Below are positions 1-8,578 of a DNA stretch of 64,000 bases, one piece after another; the first letter of the stretch is position 1; each line of letters opens with the position of its first letter. The stretch comes from Candidatus Latescibacterota bacterium. GTDB lineage: Bacteria; Latescibacterota; UBA2968; UBA8231. The stretch covers positions 4,800,001 through 4,864,000 of the forward strand of contig OZ244561.1 in NCBI GenBank assembly GCA_965217585.1, in the 5' to 3' direction. A program made the translations under genes and the position numbers. The notes beneath the pieces are model-generated. The model was not told where the DNA came from and did not search any database. It saw only the letters and a list, made by a program, of their open reading frames with translations.

Positions 1-467
1 TGGGACACATCGCCTATTGCGCCCGGCGCGGCTTGGTGCTCAACCCCCTCAAATACGCCTTTCTGCTGTCGAGCTATTTCCTGTGGTACTTCACTAGTTT
101 TGCCACGGCCTATCTACTCGTCTTTGCGGTGGCGCACCGGATCATGCACGGGATCCAGTACATCGTCATGGTGTATTTCTACAACCGCCACAAGGTCGAG
201 CGCACGGGCGGCGACTCGGCCCTGCTGCGCTACGTGTCGGGCAAAGGCGGCGTCAAGTTCTTTCTCATGATGTGCGCAGCCTACGCCGTCGTCTTTCACG
301 CGCTGAGCGAGGGCTTGGTGCGCGACTTTGGCTTTGGCCTAGTCGGCTTCAATACCAATTTCGACCTCTTCAGCTATTCGCTGCTCAGTTCCTTTGCCCT
401 GATCCACTACTACTACGACGCATTTATATGGAAAGTGCGGAAAAAGGACGTGCAGGAGGGGCTGTAG
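1..467 (+). CDS. Integral membrane protein, 5'-truncated by the window edge (HxxQY and HYYYD motifs)
   Basis: Frame of ORF 33..467 is open back to the window start; hydrophobic helices; HGIQY and LIHYYYDAFIW motifs. Confidence 0.7.
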   Translation, partial: GHIAYCARRGLVLNPLKYAFLLSSYFLWYFTSFATAYLLVFAVAHRIMHGIQYIVMVYFYNRHKVERTGGDSALLRYVSGKGGVKFFLMMCAAYAVVFHALSEGLVRDFGFGLVGFNTNFDLFSYSLLSSFALIHYYYDAFIWKVRKKDVQEGL

Positions 468-532
468 CAGTGGCCCTGTTGCGCTGCGGCAAAGTAGCTA
501 CTGACCACTCATCAGGACTAGGAGATTGAGCT

Positions 533-2374
533 ATGCTCGAAGTCGTCCTCGCCGTCGCTATGTTCGCCGTCGCTGCGGCCATTGTCCGCCAAGCTGCGAC
601 CGATGCGTGTTACGATCTCTCCGACGGAGAGCGCCATCCGCATAAGTGGGGCTACACGGACACCCGCTTTGAGTTCGACGGGCCGAAGACCGTGCGGGTC
701 ACCGGCAGCCGCTATCCGCTGGCCGGCTTCACCATGCCGCACTTCATCCCCTTTGTCGAAGAAATGCTCCAGGTCCCGATTGATCCCAATGAGATGGCCG
801 TTGAAAAAGAGGCCCAAGCCGTGCCGCCCTCGCGGGCAGACGAAAGCCTCGTCGCCGCTTGGCAGGACGCGCTCGGCGCAGAGTGCGTTTCACTCGACGA
901 CGAGGAGCGCCTGATCCACAGCCACGGCCAGCTCAGCGTCGATGAGGTCTATCGCTTGCTCTACGGCGACGCCTTGGAGCGAGTGGTCGATTTGGTGCTT
1001 TATCCAGAGAGCGAAGATCACGTGCGCACCATCGTGCGTCTCGCCTCCGAGCACAATGTTTGTCTCGTGCCCTACGGCGGTGGCACCAACGTCAGCGGTG
1101 CGCTGGCCCTGCCCGCCGCCGATGGCCGCGTCTTCGCCTCGGTCGATATGCGGCGCATGAAGCGGATCGTCTCTGTCGACGAGGAAAACCTCCAAGCCTG
1201 CATCGAAGCGGGGATTTCGGGCAAGGAGCTGGAGCGGGAACTCGCCGCCCGGGGCTACACCGTCGGCCACGACCCCGACAGCATCGAGCTTTCGACCTTG
1301 GGCGGCTGGATCGCCACCAATGCCAGCGGCATGAAGAAAAACCGCTACGGCAATATCGAAGACATCGTCCTCGAAGCGACCTTGGTGACGCCGACCGGCG
1401 CGGTGGAGACCCTGCACACCACGCCGCGCAACTCGACCGGCATCCAGCCGCGCGGGCTGCTTTTTGGCTCGGAGGGCAACCTCGGCATCATCACCAAAGC
1501 CGTGCTCAAGATCCATCCCCAACCGGAAGTGCGCGAATACGGTTCGCTGGTGTTCAAGTCCTTTGCCCAAGGCGTGGAGTACTTGCAGGCGCTGCGGCAG
1601 ACCGGGACTTTGCCGGCGAGTATTCGCTTGGTCAACAACCAAGAATTCCGCTTCGGACAGGCCCTCAAGGCCGCGCCCTCTCCTGTGAAGCACTTCAAAG
1701 AGAAGGTGCAGAAGTTTGTCTTATTGAAGGTGTTGGGATTTGACCCGCTAAAAATGACGGCGTGTACGATCGCCATGGAGGGGACTCGCGCCGAGGTCGC
1801 GTATCAGAAGCGGACGATCTTCAAGCTGGCCAAGGCCCACGGCGGCAAGAGCGCTGGCGCTACCAACGGCCGGCGCGGCTACATGCTGACCTTTGGCATC
1901 GCCTATATCCGCGACTTTTTAAACCAGTTCGATTTCTTGGGCGAGACCTTCGAGACCTCTGTGCCTTGGAGCCGCATCCACGACGTGACGCAGGCCGTGC
2001 AAGCGGAGTTGACCGCGCAGTGTAGCGCGCGCGGCGTCGCCGGGCGGCCCTACCTGTCGTACCGGGTGACGCAGACGTATCACACGGGGGTCTGCATCTA
2101 CTTTACGATGGGGTTTTCCGGGCGGGGATTGGCGCAACCCATTGAGGTCTATCACGACATCGAGTACACGCTGCGGCAGACGATTTTGGACCACGGTGGC
2201 TCGCTGTCGCACCACCACGGAATAGGCAAAATCCGGCAGAGCTTCGTCCGGCACATCCAGAGCGACAACAGCATCGAAGTATTGCGAAAGACCAAAGAAG
2301 CGCTGGATCCGCAGAATATCTTTGGCATTCAGAATGGGATTTTTGGCAGTGCGTGCCGGGAGCCTGAGGAATAA
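533..2374 (+). CDS. Alkyldihydroxyacetonephosphate synthase-like FAD-binding oxidoreductase (VAO/PCMH family)
   Basis: PYGGGTNV FAD loop, HDPDSIELSTLGGWIATNASGMKKNRYGNIED, GSEGNLGII, C-terminal SHHHGIGK; GGAG RBS upstream. Confidence 0.88.
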   Translation: MLEVVLAVAMFAVAAAIVRQAATDACYDLSDGERHPHKWGYTDTRFEFDGPKTVRVTGSRYPLAGFTMPHFIPFVEEMLQVPIDPNEMAVEKEAQAVPPSRADESLVAAWQDALGAECVSLDDEERLIHSHGQLSVDEVYRLLYGDALERVVDLVLYPESEDHVRTIVRLASEHNVCLVPYGGGTNVSGALALPAADGRVFASVDMRRMKRIVSVDEENLQACIEAGISGKELERELAARGYTVGHDPDSIELSTLGGWIATNASGMKKNRYGNIEDIVLEATLVTPTGAVETLHTTPRNSTGIQPRGLLFGSEGNLGIITKAVLKIHPQPEVREYGSLVFKSFAQGVEYLQALRQTGTLPASIRLVNNQEFRFGQALKAAPSPVKHFKEKVQKFVLLKVLGFDPLKMTACTIAMEGTRAEVAYQKRTIFKLAKAHGGKSAGATNGRRGYMLTFGIAYIRDFLNQFDFLGETFETSVPWSRIHDVTQAVQAELTAQCSARGVAGRPYLSYRVTQTYHTGVCIYFTMGFSGRGLAQPIEVYHDIEYTLRQTILDHGGSLSHHHGIGKIRQSFVRHIQSDNSIEVLRKTKEALDPQNIFGIQNGIFGSACREPEE

Positions 2375-3167
2375 GATCGTCGTTATCACCGGTGCTTCTG
2401 CGGGCTTGGGCGCGACGCTGGCGTTGGAGTGCGCCCAGCAGGGAGCGCGGTTGGTTGTCTTGGCGCGGAATGCCGAAAGGCTGGAGGCCGTCGCCCGAGA
2501 GTGCGAGCAGTTGGGGAGTGAGGTGCTGACGGTCGTCGGGGATGTCGCCGTAGCCGAGGATGGTAAGCGGCTGGTGGAGGCCTCGATCGAGCGCTTTGGG
2601 CGCATAGACTACTTGGTCGCCAACGCCGGCGTCAGCATGTGGACCGAGTTTGCCGCGATTGAGGATGTGGATCTGTTCCGCAAGCTGATAGAAGTGAATT
2701 ACTTGGGGGCTGTGCACTGCGTGCATCCGGCGCTGCCGCATCTCAAAAAAAGCAAGGGCCTATTCGTGGTCATTTCGTCCATTCAGGGGCAGGTGGGGGT
2801 GCCGCTGCACACTGGATACTCGGCGTCCAAACACGCGCTACAGGGGTTTTGCGACGCTTTGCGGATGGAAGTGGCCGAGAGCGGGATGGGGGTGATGACC
2901 GTGCTCTTGCACTGGCTCAAAGGGACGGAGCTGCGGCAACGTGCACTGGGGAAAGACGGGAAGGCGTTGGGCACTGCATCGCGCAGACACCGGGCGGGAG
3001 CGGTGAGTTTAGAAGAGGCGGCGCAGGCGATTGTGCGCGGGATGCAGAAGCGACAGCAGCGGCTCTATGTGCCGAGGCGACTCAGGCTGCTAGCCGCGGT
3101 TCACGCCCTGTGGCCGTCGCTGGCCGAGTGGGTCGTCAAGGGGAAGGTGGCGCGGGAGGAAGGGTAG
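2322..3167 (+). CDS. Short-chain dehydrogenase/reductase (DHRS7B/11beta-HSD-like); true start may be near 2349
   Basis: TGASAGLG, NAG, ISSIQG, YSASK; overlaps the 3' end of the upstream gene. Confidence 0.9.
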   Translation: MAFRMGFLAVRAGSLRNKIVVITGASAGLGATLALECAQQGARLVVLARNAERLEAVARECEQLGSEVLTVVGDVAVAEDGKRLVEASIERFGRIDYLVANAGVSMWTEFAAIEDVDLFRKLIEVNYLGAVHCVHPALPHLKKSKGLFVVISSIQGQVGVPLHTGYSASKHALQGFCDALRMEVAESGMGVMTVLLHWLKGTELRQRALGKDGKALGTASRRHRAGAVSLEEAAQAIVRGMQKRQQRLYVPRRLRLLAAVHALWPSLAEWVVKGKVAREEG

Positions 3168-3175
3168 GTTGGGGG

Positions 3176-5953
3176 CTATGATCGTTCGACTTGCACCTGA
3201 TCCTTCAGTTCGAGATCATCGAGAACCTGCCGTAGCTCGGTTTCCATGTTCTGGGCAAATTGCGACCGGACACTCACGGTAAATTCTATGCCGACGCTAA
3301 GGTCTTCCCCGGAGCGCAGCTTGGGCAGCATCTTGGTTCCTAGCCGGTTCCAGATTTCGGGAGGCACGGTGCCGGTAAGCCGAAGCGTTGTCTTTTGATT
3401 GTCTGTGTCTGGCGGGGGTTCGAGACCCGGACTAGGCTTAGACGCAGGCTCAGGCTCCGCACCAGCTTTAGGTTCGGGTTCCGTTTGCGGTGGGGGCGCA
3501 TTGGCCGTCGTCTGGAGTTGCTCGGCCTTGGCCTTGGTCACCAAGAAGACATTGGTTTCAAACGCTACTTCTTCCGTGCGGATCGGCTCCGCGTACCACA
3601 GCCGCCCGAAGCTACCATCGCTCCCGGTGCCGGATGCCAAGCCAAAATCTCCTCTCGACACGAACTCGACAATCTGCCGTTGAAGGATCGCGTCGGGGTC
3701 AATCAGCCGCGTCAATGCGCCGTTCAGAAAGCTCTGGCGCAGACTTGTGAGCGGCCAAGCGCCGGTGTCTTTGAACGCCGCCGGCCAGTGGCGATCAATG
3801 TAGCCCGCACCCACGTTCTCGTTGAGCAGGGCCTCGGATTTCAAGGCACTGATAATCCGTCCGCAGAGGGTTTCGCTGGCGCTCGCGTGGCCGGCCCCGA
3901 GGTCGATGATCTTGAGCCCATGCTTTTCCTGAGTATCCGCAAGCGCGACGAAGCGATAGCCGGCCCATACTTCGTCCTTGGCCGCGGTCTCCGCGTCCCG
4001 AACATGGGTCTGAATCTCGGCGCGGTCGGTGCGGTCGTATTCTGAGCCGAGGACGCCCTCGGACACCTCTTGCGATACGCGCTTCCAGGCGAGCCATAGC
4101 TCGACCTTATCGCGCAGTTCGCGCCCCGGTTTCCGCGCACACCACACCAGCGAACCTGGGTATAGCCGTGGCGAAGTGCCCCGCTCTTGCGTCCAATGAC
4201 CAATGCGCTCGACCACTTGGTTGCCGTTTATCCATTCCTGATCGGGGTCGAGGACGATTAGGGTGAGGCGCGGAGAATCTTGGACTGTGGTGCTGTCCTG
4301 TGGGAAGAAATTTACCGGCAGGGTTGCGCCGCGTTTGAACTCCTCCTCGACGAGTTTGCGGATCGCCGGCTTGATCTCTGTAGCCTCGTCGAGTGAAGCC
4401 CGTCGGTCGCTGACGACCTTGCGCAGTGTCGCTTGATGGTGAATGCGATAGCCGTCCGTGCCGACCGTGCGGATAAAGAACCCCGATCCTTCGATAGCTG
4501 TCGCCGCGCTGTCAATAGTCGTGGTCTCGACCTCGGGCTCGCCGAGCGCAAAGCGCAATTCCGGTAGATGGGCCACCTTGTCCACCTGTCCACCGGAGGA
4601 CTCGAACAGGATGGCCGTGCCTACCCGGCGGTGGATGTCGCGCAGCGCTCCCGTGGCGTCCGCATCTAGGGATCTGGCATGTGCCATCGGCCCGGCGAGG
4701 TCGGCGTCAATTGCCACGTCGAGCCGCGACTCGCCCAACTGGCCCAAGACCACGGCGCGAAATTCGGGCACGTCCAAAGGTGCCGACCCCAGCGTAATCA
4801 GCGATTCGGTTCGCGCCCTTGTGAACTGCTCGCGTGCGGCCCAAGAAATCCACTGCGCCAGCATGGCCAGCGCGCCTCGGGTTTGTTGGAACTGGGTGAG
4901 CGCACGCCACTTGCGCTGGAAGACCGAAAGGGTTGCCGGATGGAAGGGATAGCACGCCTCGAATCGCGCCCGCAGAAATTCTCTTGCTTTGGCCTCGGTC
5001 GTCGAGGTATCGACCGCTAGCCACTCGGTGGGTAGGCGAGCGGTGCGTTCAAAGCACCAGTCCGCGTAGGTTTTGGCGACGCGCTTGCGAATGCGCTCGT
5101 TGCCGAGATCCTCGAATAGCCGCCGGCGCACCACCTCGCTGATTTCGGATTCGTCATTGGCGATTAGGTCGCGGGCGACGCGGCGCACCACCTTGGTGAT
5201 CCGATCCTGCCACTGCTGATCCCAATCGGTCATCTCGACTTGGCTGCGCGGCAGGCTGATGACCGCAGCGGCCTGAGTGGTGCCGGTGACGGCGACGGTC
5301 AGGTTTTGTAGGAAGGCGTGGAAAGGCTCGGCCATGGGGCGATGGCGATTGACGAAGTTCAGGACTTCATCGAACAACAGCAGCACGGGCGCATCCGCAG
5401 CGGCGAATACATTGGCTAGTGCCTCGGTTCCCGGTGGTGTGGTCTGCGCGGCAGCACCGAGCGCAGCGACGCCCTTATCGCCGGCTAGTTGGCGTGCTAG
5501 GTCGATCCAAGGCGTTTCCTTGCCTTCCACAGGATCCCAGGCATTGCCGACGAAGACGCCGACGCGGGCGGGAGGAGCTTCAGCAATTCCCGCTTCGTTC
5601 AGGAGGTCCGCCACGCCGGGGAACTTAGCGGAGTCCGCGCCAGCATTGGCGATATGGTACAGGGAAGCCAGGGTATGCGTCTTGCCGCCGCCGAATTGGG
5701 TGACGAGCGTGAGGACTGGTGCTGTGTTCTCGGTCTTGCCGGAAAGACGACGGAGGACCATGCCGGCGTGTTCCTTCAGGGCGCGGGTGAAGCAGGTGCG
5801 CGAGAAAAATTGCGCTGGATCGCGGTAATCCACGGGGGCGGTTTGGGCTACGATCTGCTCAAGGGCGATGGCGAACTCGTCCGGGCTGAACGAGCGGCCT
5901 TCGCGGACTTCTTTACGGAGCGTTACGATTTTATACCAAGGGTCGAGGGCCAT
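3176..5953 (-). CDS. DUF499 family AAA+ ATPase of restriction-like defence operon
   Basis: Walker A TQFGGGKTH, Walker B LLLFDE, YPFHP motif; same operon as the DUF1156 methylase and SNF2 helicase. Confidence 0.88.
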   Translation of the reverse strand: MALDPWYKIVTLRKEVREGRSFSPDEFAIALEQIVAQTAPVDYRDPAQFFSRTCFTRALKEHAGMVLRRLSGKTENTAPVLTLVTQFGGGKTHTLASLYHIANAGADSAKFPGVADLLNEAGIAEAPPARVGVFVGNAWDPVEGKETPWIDLARQLAGDKGVAALGAAAQTTPPGTEALANVFAAADAPVLLLFDEVLNFVNRHRPMAEPFHAFLQNLTVAVTGTTQAAAVISLPRSQVEMTDWDQQWQDRITKVVRRVARDLIANDESEISEVVRRRLFEDLGNERIRKRVAKTYADWCFERTARLPTEWLAVDTSTTEAKAREFLRARFEACYPFHPATLSVFQRKWRALTQFQQTRGALAMLAQWISWAAREQFTRARTESLITLGSAPLDVPEFRAVVLGQLGESRLDVAIDADLAGPMAHARSLDADATGALRDIHRRVGTAILFESSGGQVDKVAHLPELRFALGEPEVETTTIDSAATAIEGSGFFIRTVGTDGYRIHHQATLRKVVSDRRASLDEATEIKPAIRKLVEEEFKRGATLPVNFFPQDSTTVQDSPRLTLIVLDPDQEWINGNQVVERIGHWTQERGTSPRLYPGSLVWCARKPGRELRDKVELWLAWKRVSQEVSEGVLGSEYDRTDRAEIQTHVRDAETAAKDEVWAGYRFVALADTQEKHGLKIIDLGAGHASASETLCGRIISALKSEALLNENVGAGYIDRHWPAAFKDTGAWPLTSLRQSFLNGALTRLIDPDAILQRQIVEFVSRGDFGLASGTGSDGSFGRLWYAEPIRTEEVAFETNVFLVTKAKAEQLQTTANAPPPQTEPEPKAGAEPEPASKPSPGLEPPPDTDNQKTTLRLTGTVPPEIWNRLGTKMLPKLRSGEDLSVGIEFTVSVRSQFAQNMETELRQVLDDLELKDQVQVERS

Positions 5954-5996
5954 TCTGTATCTCTCTTTGATCGGTTATCTACGCGGTGGTTCAATC

Positions 5997-6623
5997 TCAT
6001 CTCCTTAGCGACTCCAAGCTCGTTACCCAGTCGTTGAATCGAGGACATTCAGCGCGAATCTTGTCCAAGCCTATCTCCATTGCCAGAAGGGGACCGTCAA
6101 CTTTCTTCTCGTACCGGGGTATAACCTTCTTAATCCGTTTGCTCGGAGCCGTGTTCTCGTTGTCATTGATGTCTTCGGGCGTCGGGAATTGTGAACGGAT
6201 GTTTCGCAGGGCCTGTATGGATGTATGCGATACACCGATCAACTTGGTAAAGGCATCCACATCAGAAAACAACAGCCCCTCAAACTCATGTCGTTGGACA
6301 TATGGGAATACTTTTTGGGGATGCCATAGGTGGTCGAGTTTCTGGCGAAGGTTTTCCTCCAATTCATCGACTGTTTTATTTCCTTTGCTACGAAACCCAT
6401 AGAAGTCAACGAGCGATGTCACGGCATCGAAGCGGTGGAGTAAGTGGGTCATTTCCGACACGAGTTGCTTCACCGAAACATTTCCACCGGTAGATCTGCC
6501 GCGGGCGCGGCCAAACAGAATCGGTGTCGGTTCGACTCCTCTTCCCCGTAAGTGATCTGCGAGAAAATGTTTGACAAATTCCTCTTCGGTTTGGCCTTCC
6601 ACCGATATGGCCAGTCGGATCAC
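5997..6623 (-). CDS. DUF4276 family protein (TOPRIM/RloB-like)
   Basis: GTG start overlapping the upstream TGA; VEGQTEEEF, LVDFYG, HEFEGLLFSD, ECPRF motifs. Confidence 0.82.
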   Translation of the reverse strand: MIRLAISVEGQTEEEFVKHFLADHLRGRGVEPTPILFGRARGRSTGGNVSVKQLVSEMTHLLHRFDAVTSLVDFYGFRSKGNKTVDELEENLRQKLDHLWHPQKVFPYVQRHEFEGLLFSDVDAFTKLIGVSHTSIQALRNIRSQFPTPEDINDNENTAPSKRIKKVIPRYEKKVDGPLLAMEIGLDKIRAECPRFNDWVTSLESLRR

Positions 6624-7777
6624 GGGCGTCCTCCGAGCAGGTTCTTCTGCCAAAGCTCGCCCGATGTGAAGTTGTCGTCGAGCCATACTTGATAGTCGTC
6701 CGGGGACAGTTTGCGAAACTCAGTACGACCGTCCTGTAGATCTAACACGAAAATTTCGTCGAGACCGAACTCATCAACCAACAAGGGCGATTGCGTTGCC
6801 ACAATGACCTGCCTCTCCTCGGCGAGGGACTTTATCATACCCCCAATCAAGGCGATGGCTGCTGGATGCAGGCCCAGTTCTGGCTCGTCCAACAGGAGTA
6901 CGTCGGGCAACATCTCGGGTGGTAGATTGAGCAGTGTCACCAAGGCAAAGAACCGTAGAGAGCCGTCGGACGTGAGGTGCGCGCCAAAGGTCTTGTCCGT
7001 TCCCTTGGCCTTCCACCTTAGCAGCACTTTTCCGTAGCTCTCCTCGATCTGAAAACGGTCGAAGACTGGCAAGACTCGGCTGATATGCTGACAGATCAGC
7101 TCATATCGCTTGATATTTTCTCGCTCCAACCGGTGGAGAACGGCGGCTAAGTTGCCCCCGTGGCTAAGAAGGTAGTTGTTGTCCTCAGCATCCCATCTCT
7201 TTTTGAAGTTCGACTCGTCAGATGTATCGTGAAATTGGTATACCGAGCATCTCCGCAGCCTATTGACAATGCGCTCGGCGGTAAGCGGATTGGCTTCGAG
7301 CCAGTCGAGGGAGTAGTGAGCCGAAGGCGAGGGAGGTTGTGTGGCTTCGACGATCTTCGCTTCCAAATGACCACTTCCGAGATAATACCAGGATGTCGGG
7401 GGATAGAGATCGTTGGGATCGACGAATCGGAATGCCTCCTCCGCGAATATGAAATGGTCGGGCTGAGCACGGGAAAGCATGAACCGATAGTCGTTACGGC
7501 CTTCATCGGTTCGCAATCTAACCTCTGCCTCTATGCGTGGCGTGCGTCGGTTCCCGCCATGTAATTGGTCATCGGCCCCTCCTCGGCTAGCGACGAACTC
7601 TGCGAGTCTGCGAGACCCGAGCATCCAGCTCAGCATTTCGAAGAAGCGAACAAAATTGGACTTGCCCGAGCCGTTGGCACCAATTAGGACCGCCGCCTTG
7701 GGAATTCCCGCAAGCTCGACATCGGCTAACGATCGGAAGCCCTGGATGCGGACGTATTCAATCCTTGTTAGTCCCAT
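6620..7777 (-). CDS. ABC-type ATPase (AAA_21/RloA-like)
   Basis: GANGSGKS, SDG signature, LLLDEPE, ATQSP; ATG at 7777 with AAGGA RBS. Confidence 0.88.
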   Translation of the reverse strand: MGLTRIEYVRIQGFRSLADVELAGIPKAAVLIGANGSGKSNFVRFFEMLSWMLGSRRLAEFVASRGGADDQLHGGNRRTPRIEAEVRLRTDEGRNDYRFMLSRAQPDHFIFAEEAFRFVDPNDLYPPTSWYYLGSGHLEAKIVEATQPPSPSAHYSLDWLEANPLTAERIVNRLRRCSVYQFHDTSDESNFKKRWDAEDNNYLLSHGGNLAAVLHRLERENIKRYELICQHISRVLPVFDRFQIEESYGKVLLRWKAKGTDKTFGAHLTSDGSLRFFALVTLLNLPPEMLPDVLLLDEPELGLHPAAIALIGGMIKSLAEERQVIVATQSPLLVDEFGLDEIFVLDLQDGRTEFRKLSPDDYQVWLDDNFTSGELWQKNLLGGRP

Positions 7778-7789
7778 CTCGTTCCTTTC

Positions 7790-7925
7790 ACCTCGGCACC
7801 GCCAACAACATGGCGTCGAGTAGGCGTTTTTCGTTGCAGCCTTGAGGGTAGAGTGCCGATAGGGCGTTGGCAAGGCGAAGGAAGTCGGGGCCGCGATCTT
7901 GCTCGGCACCGATCAGCGTCCGCAG
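7790..7925 (-). repeat. Diverged copy of the last ~45 codons of the DUF1156 gene (partner 8581..8716)
   Basis: 136-bp direct repeat, 7 mismatches by hand count; encodes LRTLIGAEQDRGPDFLRLANALSALYPQGCNEKRLLDAMLLAVPR followed by TGA. Confidence 0.95.
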
Positions 7926-7928
7926 CCT

Positions 7929-8285
7929 CTAAGGTGACGGCGGATGGGAAATGCGGATACGACCGTCGCGGATCGTGACAACCGCCTGTATTTCCAGCGC
8001 TTGGCGATGTCGCTCGAGTACCTCGGCGATCAAGGCAATGCGTCGCTCCGCCGGCACGTCTGGGAGGCGCACCAAGCCTGCATGCGGGACCTTTTGCACG
8101 TAGACAAGCTCTCCGAAGTCGGTATCGATCGTCACCAAAATTCTGCCATCGGCGGCAGCGCGTTCCAGTAGCGCCCGATCTCCCGGGTCGGCTCCAAGCT
8201 CACGGGCCTCGACCACGTCATGCCCCTGGTCGCGCAGCCATGCTGCCAGACGGTGGCCGGCACACCGATCTACTAGGAATCTCAC
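7929..8285 (-). CDS. DUF5615 PIN-like toxin (VapC45-like)
   Basis: MRFLVD, GHDV, D..LL..A, RILVTIDTDFG motifs. Confidence 0.88.
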   Translation of the reverse strand: MRFLVDRCAGHRLAAWLRDQGHDVVEARELGADPGDRALLERAAADGRILVTIDTDFGELVYVQKVPHAGLVRLPDVPAERRIALIAEVLERHRQALEIQAVVTIRDGRIRISHPPSP

Positions 8286-8533
8286 GAATCTGCAATCGAT
8301 ACGGCGGCCAGTGAATCTTTGGCGATAACTGCGTGCGCGTAGGCGGTACAGGCGCGAATGTCGTCCGGTTCTAGTTCGGGGTAATCCTCCAAAATGGCCT
8401 CCGTCGTTACGCCCTGCGTCATCAGACTCAGGATGAGTTCCACCGAAATTCGCATGTCGCGAATGATGGGCTTGCCACCAAAGACATCCGGGCGTGCGGT
8501 GATGCGCTTGAGCAATTGGGGATTAGTGGTCAT
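8282..8533 (-). CDS. DUF433 antitoxin
   Basis: RIT..PDVFGGKPIIRDMRISV, ILEDYPELEPDDIRAC; 4-bp overlap with the PIN gene. Confidence 0.92.
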   Translation of the reverse strand: MTTNPQLLKRITARPDVFGGKPIIRDMRISVELILSLMTQGVTTEAILEDYPELEPDDIRACTAYAHAVIAKDSLAAVSIADS

Positions 8534-8578
8534 GTCTCTCTCCGTGGTTATTACGTCCGACGTAAGTCTTCCGTCCGG

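Noticed and set aside
7778-7909. N-terminal extension of the ATPase ORF (6620..7909)
   Set aside because: It is an off-frame reading of the duplicated methylase tail; the RBS supports the ATG at 7777
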